From: Burkholderiales bacterium
GTDB taxonomy: Bacteria > Pseudomonadota > Gammaproteobacteria > Burkholderiales > SG8-39
Assembly: GCA_035310985.1 (NCBI GenBank)
Contig: DATGDH010000058.1
Location: 130,028-194,027, forward strand
Direction: 5' to 3'
Length of the DNA stretch: 64,000 nt
The translations under genes and the position numbers were made by a program. The notes beneath the pieces are model-generated. The model saw only the letters and a list, made by a program, of their open reading frames with translations, was not told where the DNA came from and made no database searches. Within the stretch, counting starts at the first letter, position 1. Every line of letters begins with the position of its first letter. Below, piece by piece: positions 1 to 15,104 of the stretch.

Positions 1-50
1 CCGCGCAACCGACAGCAGGCGCGGATCGCCCATCCTGAGCACCGGACGGA

Positions 51-788
51 TCATGTCTCGACCAGCGTTTCGACGATCTTGCGCACGCGGCCCATCGCCT
101 CCTCCAGCACGGCGTCGATGCGCTCGAGCGAAACGCCGCGCGCGCTCTCGCCGCGCCCGGCCGCGTAGTTGGCGACGACCGCGATCGCCGCATAGGCCAG
201 GCCGAGCTCGCGCGCCAGCACGGCCTCCGGCATGCCGGTCATGCCGACCATGTCGGCGCCGTCGCGCTCCATGCGGTTGATCTCGGCGGCGGTCTCCAGG
301 CGCGGACCCTGCGTGGCGCCATATACGCCCCCGTCGACGACCGGCTCGCCGCAGGCCTGCGCGGCGCGACGGATACGCTCGCGCGTCGCTGCCGTGTACG
401 GTTCGGTGAAATCGATGTGCGTGACGGGCGCGTCCGCCCCCTCGAAGTAGGTGCCGCCGCGTCCCCAGGTGTAGTCGATGATCTGGTCGGGAAGCACGAG
501 CGTTCCCGGGCCGAGATCCGCGCGGATGCCCCCCACCGAGGCGACCGACACCACCTCACGCACGCCGTGCTCTTTCAGCGCCCAGAGGTTGGCGCGATAG
601 TTCACCTCGTGCGGCGCGAAGTTGTGCCCATAGCCGTGGCGCGCGAGAAAAACGACCTCCCGGCCGCGCAGGCTGCCCATAGTCAGCGGGCCGGAGGGTT
701 CGCCGTAGGGCGTGCGCGCCACCTTGCGCGCGGACACCTCCAGGTTCGTCAGCCGCGACAGGCCGCTGCCGCCGATGATGCCGATCAC
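51..788 (-). CDS. mtnP: purine nucleoside phosphorylase of the MTAP/MTIP family (S-methyl-5'-thioadenosine or S-methyl-5'-thioinosine phosphorylase)
   Basis: ORF 51..947 contains IGIIGGSGL, FLARHG and MVGMTGMPEAVLARE motifs typical of MTAP-type phosphorylases. Start trimmed to GTG at 788: GAAGGAG lies 5 nt upstream, and the 53 upstream codons are Arg/Ala-rich and overlap hpt. The GTG overlaps the hpt stop (GTGA). Confidence 0.85.
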   Translation of the reverse strand: MIGIIGGSGLSRLTNLEVSARKVARTPYGEPSGPLTMGSLRGREVVFLARHGYGHNFAPHEVNYRANLWALKEHGVREVVSVASVGGIRADLGPGTLVLPDQIIDYTWGRGGTYFEGADAPVTHIDFTEPYTAATRERIRRAAQACGEPVVDGGVYGATQGPRLETAAEINRMERDGADMVGMTGMPEAVLARELGLAYAAIAVVANYAAGRGESARGVSLERIDAVLEEAMGRVRKIVETLVET

Positions 789-1336
789 GGGTGCTCCTTC
801 ATTGCGCGTATTTCGGGCAGATTGCGCCAGTAGCCCCGGGCGTCCATCCCGCAGCCGAACACGAAGCGGTCGGCGATGTGCAGCCCGACGAAGTCCGCGC
901 GTATCGGCTTGGGACGCCCGAGCGCCTTGTCGACCAGCACCGCGCACAGGAACGTCGCGGCGCCTTGCGCAAGCAGTCTTTCGCGGATGGCGTGCATCGT
1001 CTGCCCGCCGTCCAGGATATCGTCGAGCACCAGCACCGTGCGGCCGCGCACGCTGTCGGTGGGTGCGACGCGCCAGTCCAGGCGTCCGCCCGCGGTCGCC
1101 GCACCGTAGCGCGTCGCGTGGATGTACTCGAAATCCAGCGGAAAGCGCAGCAGCGGTAGCAGCTGTCCGGCGAACACCACCGCCCCGCCCATGACCGCGA
1201 GAACCAGCGGATAGGCCGTGGCGAGCCGCTGCTCGATCTCGGCCGCCAGCCGGTGTAGCGCCGTCTGCACCTCTTCGGCGCCGGCGACCAGCTCCGAGTT
1301 CTCGAGGAAGTCCCAGGCCGCCGCGGCGTCGGGCAT
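785..1336 (-). CDS. hpt: hypoxanthine-guanine phosphoribosyltransferase
   Basis: 183-aa ORF with the PRPP-binding loop VLVLDDILDGGQT and a C-terminal FVFGCGMD...YWRNLP segment typical of 6-oxopurine PRTases. Confidence 0.85.
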   Translation of the reverse strand: MPDAAAAWDFLENSELVAGAEEVQTALHRLAAEIEQRLATAYPLVLAVMGGAVVFAGQLLPLLRFPLDFEYIHATRYGAATAGGRLDWRVAPTDSVRGRTVLVLDDILDGGQTMHAIRERLLAQGAATFLCAVLVDKALGRPKPIRADFVGLHIADRFVFGCGMDARGYWRNLPEIRAMKEHP

Positions 1337-1338
1337 TC

Positions 1339-1707
1339 TCAGTATGTGAAGGTGACCACGTCGTCGTCCATCGCCTGCGAGATCACGTAGGCTCCGCCTA
1401 CCGTCTCCTCGATCTCGGGAATCAGGTCCTCCCCCCAGAGCTCCAGCGTCGGGGTGCAGACCTTGAACTTCACGCCCGCCTCGTGCGCGTCCTTGATGAA
1501 GTCGTAGACGCTCTTCGGCGAACCTTCCTTGACGTGCAGCTTCTCCGCCACACCCTTGACGGCGAGCTCGCCTGCGCGCCCGGTCAGTATCACTTCGACG
1601 TCGTATTCCATCGCCGCGGCGACGGTTGCCTGGAAGAACGGCGCGCCCAGCTCGGCCCCGTTCCTCGGGTCCGTATTCACCATGACGATCATCAGCTTGT
1701 CTGCCAT
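1339..1707 (-). CDS. DsrE/DsrF-like family protein (small sulfur-relay-like fold, function unknown)
   Basis: 122-aa ORF with clean coding composition (MIVMVNTDP...EVILTGRAGELAV...KFKVCTPTLELWG) resembling DsrE/TusD-fold proteins. Only 2 nt separate its stop from the hpt start. Confidence 0.65.
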   Translation of the reverse strand: MADKLMIVMVNTDPRNGAELGAPFFQATVAAAMEYDVEVILTGRAGELAVKGVAEKLHVKEGSPKSVYDFIKDAHEAGVKFKVCTPTLELWGEDLIPEIEETVGGAYVISQAMDDDVVTFTY

Positions 1708-1760
1708 CTGCTCTCTCCCGCGCGTATATTAGTGAACGCTAAAATACGCAAGTATAAAGC

Positions 1761-5681
<3,921 letters not shown>

Positions 5682-5694
5682 GGCGTGCGCGCGC

Positions 5695-8600
5695 TCAGGC
5701 TGCCAGCTCCTCCCGGATGCGCAGCGCCTCGTCGATGTCCACTGCCACGACGCGCGAGACGCCCGATTCGGGCATCGTCACGCCGATCAGCTGCTCGGCC
5801 AGCTCCATCGTCAGCTTGTTGTGGCTGATGAACAGGAACTGCGTCTGCGCGGCCATCTTGCGCACCAGGTCGCAGAAACGAACCGTATTGCTGTCGTCGA
5901 GCGGCGCATCGACCTCGTCGAGCAGGCAAAACGGCGCGGGGTTCAGCTGGAACATCGAGAACACCAGGGCAATCGCCGTGAGCGCCTTCTCCCCGCCGCT
6001 CAGCAGGTGAATCGAGCTGTTGCGCTTGCCGGGCGGCTGCGCCATCACCTGGACGCCAGCGTCCAGGATCTCCTCGCCCGTCATGATGAGCCTCGCCTCG
6101 CCGCCGCCGAACAGCGCCGGGAACAACGAGCCGAAATGCCGATTGACGCTGTCGAAGGTTTCGCGCAGCAGCTCGCGCGTTTCGCGGTCGATGCGCCGGA
6201 TCGCATCCTCCAGGGTTGCGACGGCTTCCTCGAGGTCGCCCGCCTGCGAATCGAGGAAGCGCTTGCGCTCCGTGCTGCTGCGCAGCTCTTCGAGCGCGGC
6301 GAGGTTCACCGCCCCCAGCTCGGCGATCGCCTGCGTCAGCCGCGTGATCTCCCCCTGCAGCGTCGAGGGACGCGGCGCGCGCTCCGCCTCCGCCGCGAGG
6401 CGTGCTTCATCCGCGTCGGCCGCAAGCAGCTGCTCGGCGAACTGGGCGTGGTTAATCTGCGCCGCCTGCTCCTTCAAACGCAGCTCGCCGACGCGCTCGC
6501 GCAGGGGGGTGATGCGACTCTCCGCCTGCAGGCGATCCTCCTCCAGGCCGCGCAGCGCGGCGGCGGCTTCCTCGACGATGTTGCGCGCTTCGGCGAGCCG
6601 CGACTCGCAGGCGATGCGCGCCTCGACGGCAGCATCCAGCATCGCGCGCACCTGTGGGATGGGATCCTGGGCGAGCTCCCCTGTGAGCCGCCCGATCTCA
6701 GCTTCGGCGCGCTCGATCTGCTGGTCGATGACGCGCACCGAGCCGTCGATCTCGGTAATCTTCGACGCGCACTCGCGTTCGCCGAACAGCGCGTCTTGGG
6801 CGCCGCGTTCGGCCTGCTGTGTCGCGAGCCGCTGCCCGGCGAGCGCCGTCTCGGCCGCCAGGTGCGCGGCCTTGACCGACTCCAGGTCGCTGCGCGCGGC
6901 CGCGATTTCCTGCGCAACGCGCTCGACCGCCGTCCTGCTCGCGAGCAGGCGCTCGGCGTCGCGCGCCGCTTCGCGTGCGATCTCGTCCATTTCGCTGCCG
7001 ATCTGCGTGCTGCGTTCCCGGACGCGCTCTTGCGCCTGGCCGAGCTTGAGCAGCTCGATCTGCGCGTCATGGCGCTCGCGCTCCAGGCGCGCGATCTCCT
7101 CGCGCGCCAGTTCGAGCGCCTGCTGGCGCTCGGCGAGCGCAGCTTCCTCGGATTCGAGCGCAGCGCGCGCGGCGGCGAGCCGTGCCTCGAGCTCCGGATA
7201 GCGCGCCTCGAGCGCTTCGATCTCGGCCTGCCTCGCGAGCAGCCCGGCGTCGGCGGGATCGGGGGCGTGAAAGCTGACCGTATGGTGCGTGAACTGGTGG
7301 CCCGCGCGATTGACGAACACCGCCTCCGCCGGCACGCGGCCGCGCGCCGCGTCGTCGGGATCGACCTCGATCGCGTACACGCCGGCGAACCAGTCCTCCA
7401 CCGCCCCCCCGACGAGCGGGTCGGTCGCGTGCACTTTCGAGGCGAGCGTCGCATGGCCCTCCAGCCGGGACGCAGCCGCTCCATCGCCGCGCAGGTACAG
7501 GCTCGCCTTGACCGGCGGCTGGTCCGCCGCGATGCGCCCCATCTGGCCGGCGTCCGTGAGCTCGATCGCGTGCAGGCGCTCCCGCAGCACGGCCTCGACC
7601 GCCGTCTCCCATCCCTGCTCGATGCGCAGCTTTTGCCACAGGCGCGGCAGGGCCGTGAGCCCGTGGCGCTCGAGCCAGCCGTGCAGCGGCGCGTTGTCCT
7701 CCGCCGCCGCCTGGATCTGGCGCAGCGTGGCGAGCTGCGCCTCGGTTGCGGTCGCCCCGCGCATGGCGTCGGCCACGTGCGCCGCCGCGGCAGCCTGCCG
7801 CTCTTCCTGCACGGCGCATTCGCCCTGCAGCGACTCGAGCCCCGCCTGCGCCTCGCGGATCGCGGCGTCCAGGGCGGCATGCCGCTGCTCGAGCCCGCCA
7901 AGCGCGGCCGCGTCGGGCTGCGCGAGCGCGCCGAGCTCGGCCTGCAGGCGCTCGCGTCGCTGCCCGAGCGCGCGCACGCTGCCGTCCAGGTGCGCGAGGT
8001 TGCTCTGCTCGAGCTGCAGCCGGCCGTCGGCCTGCATGACCGCGCCGCGCGCTTCGTTGAGCCGCTCCTGCGCCGCGCGAAAGGCCTGCTCAGCCTCGGG
8101 CAGCTTAGCGTTTTCCTGCGCGAGGCGCTCATGCGTCTCCGCGACGCGCTGCTTTGCGCCCGTTGCGCGCGCGACCCACATGTGCAGCGCCTGCGTGAGC
8201 TGCGAGCGCTGTTCGCGCCACGAGCCGAGCTGCGTCTGGCGCTCGGTGTGCTGGCTCTCCAGGCGCTGGCGGCTCTCCTCCGCGTGACGCAGCTCCGATT
8301 CGTGCCGCGCCACTTCGGCATTCGCCGCGTACAGCGCGGCCTGTGCGCCGTTCATGGCGTCGCCCGCCTGGTAATGCGCGCTGCGCGCGGCCTCGAGCCG
8401 CGCCTCCACCTCCCTCAGGCGCGCGGTCTCAGCCTCCAGCTCGTTGCCCGTACGCACCACCTCCTGCGCATGGCGCTCGCGCTCCGCGGCGGCGTCGCGC
8501 CGCCGCAGGTACCAGAGCAAGTGCTGTTTGAGCTGCAGTTCCGACTGGTATTCGTTGTAGCGCCCGGCCACCTCGGCCTGCGCCTGCAGCTTCTCGATCT

Positions 8601-9210
8601 GCGCGCCGAGCTCGAGGCGGATATCGGTCACCCGCGCGAGGTTCTCGCGCGTATCCGAGAGGCGGCTTTCGGTCTCGCGGCGGCGCTCCTTGTACTTCGA
8701 GACGCCCGCGGCCTCCTCGAGGAATACGCGCAGGTCCTCGGGCCTGGCCTCGATCACGCGCGAGATCATCCCCTGCTCGATGATGGCGTAGGCGCGCGGA
8801 CCCAGGCCCGTGCCGAGGAACATGTCGGTGATGTCGCGCCGCCTGACGTGCACATTGTTGACGAAGTACGACGATTCGCCGTCACGCTGCAGGACGCGCC
8901 GCACTGAGATCTCCGCGTACTGCGACCACTGCCCCACCGCACGTCCCTGCGAGTTGTCGAAGATCAGCTCGACGCTCGCGCGCGCGAGCGGTGTGCGGTT
9001 CACCGAGCCGTTGAATATCACGTCCTGCATCGAATCGCCGCGCAGCACCGAGGCGCGCGTCTCGCCGAGCACCCAGCGCACCGCATCGATGACGTTGGAC
9101 TTGCCGCAGCCGTTGGGGCCGACGATGCCGACCAGCTGACCGGGGACCTGAATCGAGGTTGGATCGACGAACGACTTGAACCCGGAGAGCTTGATCTGCG
9201 TGAGGCGCAC
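5695..9210 (-). CDS. smc: chromosome segregation protein SMC
   Basis: 1171 aa. Walker [10 protein letters not shown], long Ala/Glu/Arg/Leu coiled coils, a hinge, signature [13 protein letters not shown] and Walker [16 protein letters not shown] start. Confidence 0.95.
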   Translation of the reverse strand: MRLTQIKLSGFKSFVDPTSIQVPGQLVGIVGPNGCGKSNVIDAVRWVLGETRASVLRGDSMQDVIFNGSVNRTPLARASVELIFDNSQGRAVGQWSQYAEISVRRVLQRDGESSYFVNNVHVRRRDITDMFLGTGLGPRAYAIIEQGMISRVIEARPEDLRVFLEEAAGVSKYKERRRETESRLSDTRENLARVTDIRLELGAQIEKLQAQAEVAGRYNEYQSELQLKQHLLWYLRRRDAAAERERHAQEVVRTGNELEAETARLREVEARLEAARSAHYQAGDAMNGAQAALYAANAEVARHESELRHAEESRQRLESQHTERQTQLGSWREQRSQLTQALHMWVARATGAKQRVAETHERLAQENAKLPEAEQAFRAAQERLNEARGAVMQADGRLQLEQSNLAHLDGSVRALGQRRERLQAELGALAQPDAAALGGLEQRHAALDAAIREAQAGLESLQGECAVQEERQAAAAAHVADAMRGATATEAQLATLRQIQAAAEDNAPLHGWLERHGLTALPRLWQKLRIEQGWETAVEAVLRERLHAIELTDAGQMGRIAADQPPVKASLYLRGDGAAASRLEGHATLASKVHATDPLVGGAVEDWFAGVYAIEVDPDDAARGRVPAEAVFVNRAGHQFTHHTVSFHAPDPADAGLLARQAEIEALEARYPELEARLAAARAALESEEAALAERQQALELAREEIARLERERHDAQIELLKLGQAQERVRERSTQIGSEMDEIAREAARDAERLLASRTAVERVAQEIAAARSDLESVKAAHLAAETALAGQRLATQQAERGAQDALFGERECASKITEIDGSVRVIDQQIERAEAEIGRLTGELAQDPIPQVRAMLDAAVEARIACESRLAEARNIVEEAAAALRGLEEDRLQAESRITPLRERVGELRLKEQAAQINHAQFAEQLLAADADEARLAAEAERAPRPSTLQGEITRLTQAIAELGAVNLAALEELRSSTERKRFLDSQAGDLEEAVATLEDAIRRIDRETRELLRETFDSVNRHFGSLFPALFGGGEARLIMTGEEILDAGVQVMAQPPGKRNSSIHLLSGGEKALTAIALVFSMFQLNPAPFCLLDEVDAPLDDSNTVRFCDLVRKMAAQTQFLFISHNKLTMELAEQLIGVTMPESGVSRVVAVDIDEALRIREELAA

Positions 9211-9338
9211 GGACTTGTTGTCTGAGTCGAGAACCGAATCGAAAAAATCTGCCCGCGTCGAGAGGAAACGAGCCCGGAAAAATCGCGCGCTATGATACCA
9301 TCTCCGCGCGTTTTTCCCGCTCAGCGCGCGCCTTCGAG

Positions 9339-9710
9339 ATGCCTTCCCGTCCGAGCAAACGTCTGCAGACGTTTCCCAATCCGTCGCCTGGGCGCGACTA
9401 CAGCATCCAGATGCAGATACCGGAGTTCACCTGCCTGTGTCCGATGACCGGGCAGCCCGATTTCGCGACGCTCGAGCTGGAGTACGTGCCCGACCGGCTG
9501 TGCGTGGAACTGAAATCGCTCAAGCTCTACGTGTGGTCGTACCGCGACGAGGGTGCGTTTCACGAGGCGGTGACCAACCGCATCCTGGACGACCTGGTGC
9601 GCACGCTGCGCCCGCGCTACGCTCGGCTCGCCGCGCGCTTCAACGTGCGCGGCGGCATCTTCACGACGGTGGTGGCGGAGCACCGCAAGCGCGGCTGGAA
9701 GCGGCGATGA
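9339..9710 (+). CDS. queF: NADPH-dependent 7-cyano-7-deazaguanine (preQ0) reductase, unimodular type
   Basis: [23 protein letters not shown] with the catalytic Cys, and the downstream SLKLY..SYR..G.FHE motif. Confidence 0.9.
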   Translation: MPSRPSKRLQTFPNPSPGRDYSIQMQIPEFTCLCPMTGQPDFATLELEYVPDRLCVELKSLKLYVWSYRDEGAFHEAVTNRILDDLVRTLRPRYARLAARFNVRGGIFTTVVAEHRKRGWKRR

Positions 9711-10900
9711 ATCCGCGTCTCGGGGTGCTGCAGCCCTACCCCTTCGAGAAGCTGCGCGCCCTGATGCAAGGCGTCGCGCCGAACGAGCGGCTGCGCCCGA
9801 TCAACCTTTCCATCGGCGAGCCCAAGCACGCCACTCCGGAGCTGGTGCGCCGCGCGCTGGCGGATGCGCTCGAAGGCCTGTCGGTCTACCCGGCCACTGC
9901 GGGCACGCTCGAGCTGCGCGCGGCGATCGCCGGCTGGCTCGCGCGGCGCTACGGCCTGCCGGCGCTCGACCCTGCCACGCAGGTGCTGCCGGTCAACGGC
10001 TCGCGCGAAGCGCTGTTCGCCTTCGCCCAGGCGATCATCGATCCGGACCGTCCGGGGGCCAAGGTCGCGTGCCCCAATCCGTTCTACCAGATCTACGAGG
10101 GCGCCGCGCTGCTGGCGGGCGCCAACCCGGTGTACCTGAACGCGACGGAGCAAAGCGGGTTCAGGATGCGCTTCGACGCGCTGCCCGAGAGCACGTGGCG
10201 CGACGTGCAGCTCGTGTACGCCTGCTCGCCGGCGAACCCGAGCGGCAGCGTGATGCGCCTGGAGGACTGGCGCACGCTGTTTGCGCTCGCCGACCGCCAT
10301 GGTTTCGTGATCGCTTCCGACGAGTGCTACTCCGAGCTGTACTTCGACGAGGCGCATCCGCCGCTCGGCGGGCTGCAGGCCGCCCGGCAACTCGGGCGCA
10401 ACGACTTCGCGCGCCTGGTCGTGTTCTCGAGCCTGTCCAAGCGCTCCAACGTCCCCGGCATGCGCTCGGGCCTCGTGGCCGGCGACGCCGCGCTGCTGAA
10501 GAGCTTCCTGCTGTACCGCACCTATCACGGATCGGCGATGAGCCTGCCGGTGCAGCGCGCGTCGATCGCCGCCTGGAACGACGAGCAGCACGTGCGCGAG
10601 AACCGTCGCCTGTACGCGGAGAAGTTCGCAGCGGCGCTTGCCGAACTGCGCCCGCCGCTGGCGGCGTACCGGCCGGAAGGAGGCTTCTACCTGTGGCTGC
10701 GCACGCCGATCGACGATTGCGAGTTCGCCCGCCGTCTGCAGCATGAATATAATGTGCTCGTCCTGCCGGGAAGTTATCTCGCCCGCACCGCACGGGGTGA
10801 GAACCCCGGCAAAGACCGGGTGCGCATCGCGCTGGTCGCTCCCCTCGCCGAGTGCATAGAAGCGATCGCACGCATAAACAGCTTCGCCCGCACGCTCTGA
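9707..10900 (+). CDS. dapC: succinyldiaminopimelate transaminase (class I aminotransferase)
   Basis: [19 protein letters not shown]...[11 protein letters not shown]-terminus and the [17 protein letters not shown]-lysine region. Start trimmed to ATG 9707, which overlaps the queF stop (ATGA). Followed by dapD. Confidence 0.85.
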   Translation: MNPRLGVLQPYPFEKLRALMQGVAPNERLRPINLSIGEPKHATPELVRRALADALEGLSVYPATAGTLELRAAIAGWLARRYGLPALDPATQVLPVNGSREALFAFAQAIIDPDRPGAKVACPNPFYQIYEGAALLAGANPVYLNATEQSGFRMRFDALPESTWRDVQLVYACSPANPSGSVMRLEDWRTLFALADRHGFVIASDECYSELYFDEAHPPLGGLQAARQLGRNDFARLVVFSSLSKRSNVPGMRSGLVAGDAALLKSFLLYRTYHGSAMSLPVQRASIAAWNDEQHVRENRRLYAEKFAAALAELRPPLAAYRPEGGFYLWLRTPIDDCEFARRLQHEYNVLVLPGSYLARTARGENPGKDRVRIALVAPLAECIEAIARINSFARTL

Positions 10901-10907
10901 GGACGAA

Positions 10908-11729
<822 letters not shown>

Positions 11730-11764
11730 AGTCCTGCGTTGATGCGTGCCTAGGGGGGATAGCC

Positions 11765-12964
11765 ATGTCTGCGATGAAACGCCTGTTTCAGCTGATGGCC
11801 GAGAAGAAGGCCTCCGACCTGTTCCTCTCGGTGGGTGCGCCGATCAACATCAAGATCGAAGGCGTCGCCATGCCGGTCAACCAGACCATCATGAGCGCGG
11901 ATACGGTCAAGCAGCTGCTGTACGAAGTCCTGAGCGAGCGCCAGATCCGCGACTTCGAGGAGGAGATGGAGCTTAACACCGCGGTCACGCTGGAGGGCGT
12001 CGGGAGCTTCCGCATCAGCTCGTTCCGGCAGAAAGGGTCACCCGCTGTTGTCGTGCGCTACATTCCCGGCGAGATTCCGCCGCTCGATACTCTCGGCCTG
12101 CCGGAGATGACGAAGGACATCATCATGCGCAAGCGCGGGCTGCTGCTCATGGTCGGCGCCAGCGGCGCCGGCAAATCCACCTCGCTCGCCGCGATGCTCG
12201 ACTACCGCAACAGCCAGCAGTCGGGCCACATCCTGACGCTCGAGGATCCGGTCGAGTTCATTTTTCAGAACCGCAAGTCGATCGTTAACCAGCGCGAGAT
12301 CGGCACCGACAGCAAGACGTACAGCATCGCGCTCAAGAACGCGATGCGCCAGGCTCCGGACTGCATCCTGATCGGCGAGATCCGCGACCGCGACACGATG
12401 GGAATGGCGCTCGCGTACGCACAGTCCGGCCACCTGTGCCTCGCGACGCTGCATGCCAACAACAGCTACCATGCGATGAACCGGATCATCAATTTCTACC
12501 CGCTCGAGAACCGGCCGACGCTGCTGCTCGACCTGGGAGCCACGCTGCAGGCGATCGTGTCGCAGCGCCTGGTGCGCACCAAGTCCGGCATGCGCTGCGC
12601 GGCGGTGGAGATCCTGGTCAACACGCGCCACATCCAGGAGCTGATCGAGAAGGGCGAGATCGGCGAGATCAAGGAGGCGCTGGAAAAGAGCCTGTCGCCG
12701 GGCTCGCAGACCTTCGAGCAGGCGCTGTTCAAGCTGTTCATGGACGGCAAGATCACCCAGGAAGAGGCGATCACGAACGCGGATTCGGCGACCAACATGC
12801 TGTGGCTGATCAATCAGGCGATTGCCGGCGACATCACGGCAGGCAATGCCGGCTCGGCGCCGCCCGCCGGGCAGAAAGTGCCGCCCGCGGAGCCATCGCA
12901 GAACCCCTTCGGCGACGCAGACAGCGACACGTTCAGCGACATCAAGATCGACATGGCGTCCTGA
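11765..12964 (+). CDS. PilT/PilU-family type IV pilus retraction-type ATPase with an extended low-complexity C-terminal tail
   Basis: Walker [28 protein letters not shown] and LATLHANN motifs of PilT/PilU ATPases. Start taken at ATG 11765 ([11 protein letters not shown]) behind a G-rich SD. Confidence 0.85.
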   Translation: MSAMKRLFQLMAEKKASDLFLSVGAPINIKIEGVAMPVNQTIMSADTVKQLLYEVLSERQIRDFEEEMELNTAVTLEGVGSFRISSFRQKGSPAVVVRYIPGEIPPLDTLGLPEMTKDIIMRKRGLLLMVGASGAGKSTSLAAMLDYRNSQQSGHILTLEDPVEFIFQNRKSIVNQREIGTDSKTYSIALKNAMRQAPDCILIGEIRDRDTMGMALAYAQSGHLCLATLHANNSYHAMNRIINFYPLENRPTLLLDLGATLQAIVSQRLVRTKSGMRCAAVEILVNTRHIQELIEKGEIGEIKEALEKSLSPGSQTFEQALFKLFMDGKITQEEAITNADSATNMLWLINQAIAGDITAGNAGSAPPAGQKVPPAEPSQNPFGDADSDTFSDIKIDMAS

Positions 12965-12977
12965 CGCCGCGCGCGAA

Positions 12978-14105
12978 TTGGAAAGCCCTCTCGAACTCGC
13001 CAGGGCGCTGATCGGACGCCGTTCGGTCACGCCAGCGGACGGCGGATGCCAGGCGCTCATTGCGCAGCGCCTCGAATCCGCGGGCTTCGCCTGCGAGCAC
13101 CTGCCCTATGCCGAAGTCAGCAATCTTTGGGCGCGGCACGGCAGCGGGCGTCCGCTCGTCTGCTTTGCCGGGCACACCGACGTGGTGCCGCCCGGCCCGC
13201 TCGAGCAGTGGAATTCCGATCCCTTCGTCGCCGCGCTGCGCGACGGCAAGCTGTACGGGCGCGGGGCGGCGGACATGAAGTCCTCGATCGCGGCGTTCGT
13301 CGTGGCGGTCGAGGCCTTCGTCAGGGAGCGACCGGCGCACAAGGGCTCGCTCGCGCTGCTCCTCACCTCGGACGAGGAGGGTCCCTCCATCGACGGTACC
13401 GCGCGGGTGGTCGAGCTGCTCAAGCAGCGTGGCGAGCGGCTGGACTACTGCATCGTGGGCGAACCCTCTTCGGTCGCGCTGCTCGGCGACATGATCAAGA
13501 ACGGTCGCCGCGGGTCGCTTTCCGGTCGCCTTACGGTGCGCGGCACGCAGGCGCACATCGCCTACCCGCATCTGGGCCGCAATCCCATTCACATGCTCGC
13601 GCCGGCGCTCGCCGAGCTGGTCGCGACCCGTTGGGACGAGGGCGACGAGTTCTTCCCGCCGACCGCCTGGCAGGTGTCCAACGTGCACGCCGGCGTCGGC
13701 GCGACGAATCTCGTCCCGGGCTCGCTCGAGCTCGACTTCAATTTCCGCTTCGGACCGTCGAGCCCCGAGGCATCGCTGCGTGAGCGCTTCGAGGCGGTCC
13801 TGCTGCGCCACGGGCTGGACTACGAGCTGCAGTGGACGCTCTCGGGCAATCCCTTCATCACTCCGCCGGGCGAACTGGTCGATGCGGTGAAGCGCGCCGT
13901 CCGGGCGAACACGGGGCGCACGCCCGAGCTCTCGACCACGGGCGGAACCTCTGATGCCCGCTTCATCGCCACCATCTGTCCCCAGGTCGTGGAGTTGGGT
14001 CCGCCGAACGCCACGATCCACAAGCTGAACGAGAACATCGAGCTCGAGGTCCTCGAGCAGCTGCCGCGCATCTACCTCGATACGTTGCGCGCTTTGCTGC
14101 CCTGA
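12978..14105 (+). CDS. dapE: succinyl-diaminopimelate desuccinylase
   Basis: M20 motifs [18 protein letters not shown] and TSDEEG. The N-terminus aligns with E. coli DapE from [14 protein letters not shown]. Start set to in-frame TTG 12978, just after the upstream stop, giving 375 aa. The start is uncertain. Confidence 0.88.
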   Translation: MESPLELARALIGRRSVTPADGGCQALIAQRLESAGFACEHLPYAEVSNLWARHGSGRPLVCFAGHTDVVPPGPLEQWNSDPFVAALRDGKLYGRGAADMKSSIAAFVVAVEAFVRERPAHKGSLALLLTSDEEGPSIDGTARVVELLKQRGERLDYCIVGEPSSVALLGDMIKNGRRGSLSGRLTVRGTQAHIAYPHLGRNPIHMLAPALAELVATRWDEGDEFFPPTAWQVSNVHAGVGATNLVPGSLELDFNFRFGPSSPEASLRERFEAVLLRHGLDYELQWTLSGNPFITPPGELVDAVKRAVRANTGRTPELSTTGGTSDARFIATICPQVVELGPPNATIHKLNENIELEVLEQLPRIYLDTLRALLP

Positions 14106-14117
14106 GCTGCGCCGCAC

Positions 14118-15104
14118 GTGCGCTCCCCGCTCACCGTCGGCGAATTCATTCGCGCCGCGGCGCGCCGCATGCAACGCGCGCGACTGCGCTTCGGCCACGG
14201 CACGCACAATGCGCACGACGAGGCGGTGCTCCTGACGTTGCATGTCCTGAAGCCGCCTTTCGATTCGCAGCGCGGGGTAGTCGAACGGAGGCTGTCCGCG
14301 GCCGAACGCGCACGCCTCGAGTCATTGCTCGAGCGCAGGATCAGCACGCGCATGCCGGCACCCTATCTGACTCACGAGGCATGGCTCGGCGAGTACCGCT
14401 TCTACGTCGACCGGCGCGTCATCGTGCCCCGCTCGTTCATAGCGGAGCTGCTGCGCGCCGGGCTCGAGCCGTGGCTGCCGCGGAGCGTGCGCAGCGCGCT
14501 CGACCTGTGCACCGGCTCGGGCTGCCTGGCCGTGCTGCTCGCGAAGCGCTTCCCTGGCGCGCAGGTCGACGCGTCCGACCTTTCTGCCGACGCGCTCGCC
14601 GTTGCGCGGCGCAACGTTGCGCGCTACCGCCTCGGGCGGCGCGTGCGCCTCGTGCGCTCCGACCTCTTCGCGCAGTTACGTGGCCGGCGCTACGACCTGA
14701 TCGTCAGCAACCCGCCCTACGTCAAGGCAGCCTCGATGCGTACGCTGCCGCCGGAATACCGGCACGAGCCGCGCGCGGCGCTCGCCGGCGGCGCGGACGG
14801 CCTGGATTTCGTGCGCCGCATCCTCGCCGAGGCACGCGCGTACCTCGCTCCCGGTGGGCTGCTGGTGTGCGAGATCGGCCACAATCGGAGCGCGCTGGAG
14901 AAGGCATTCCCGTCGCTGCCGTTTCTCTGGCTCGAGACGAGCGCCGGGCCGGAGCACGTGTTCCTACTCGAGCGCGCGCAGCTACCGCTCACCACGGCGA
15001 CGTCGCCTTCCTCCACGCGCGCCAGGCCCGCTCGAGGCGCGCGATCAGATGCCGCTCGCGCGCCGCGTAGGACCGCAGTACGGGCGCGCCCTCGCCGCGC
15101 CTGA
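14118..15104 (+). CDS. prmB: ribosomal protein uL3 glutamine N5-methyltransferase
   Basis: FGHGTHNAHDEA, SAM-binding LDLCTGSGCLAV and VSNPPYV motifs. GTG start. The Arg-rich C-terminal ~40 codons overlap the convergent gene. Confidence 0.85.
   Translation: MRSPLTVGEFIRAAARRMQRARLRFGHGTHNAHDEAVLLTLHVLKPPFDSQRGVVERRLSAAERARLESLLERRISTRMPAPYLTHEAWLGEYRFYVDRRVIVPRSFIAELLRAGLEPWLPRSVRSALDLCTGSGCLAVLLAKRFPGAQVDASDLSADALAVARRNVARYRLGRRVRLVRSDLFAQLRGRRYDLIVSNPPYVKAASMRTLPPEYRHEPRAALAGGADGLDFVRRILAEARAYLAPGGLLVCEIGHNRSALEKAFPSLPFLWLETSAGPEHVFLLERAQLPLTTATSPSSTRARPARGARSDAARAPRRTAVRARPRRA

Noticed and set aside
1-50. Possible start of another minus-strand gene (ATG at 33..31 reading out of the window)
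   Set aside because: Only 11 codons are visible, so there is no way to judge coding potential or function.
9211-9338. Possible preQ1 riboswitch upstream of queF
   Set aside because: There is a CGCGCG…CGCGCG stem, but the A-rich 3' tail and loop consensus of preQ1-I/II aptamers are absent. The region is more simply the divergent smc/queF promoter region.
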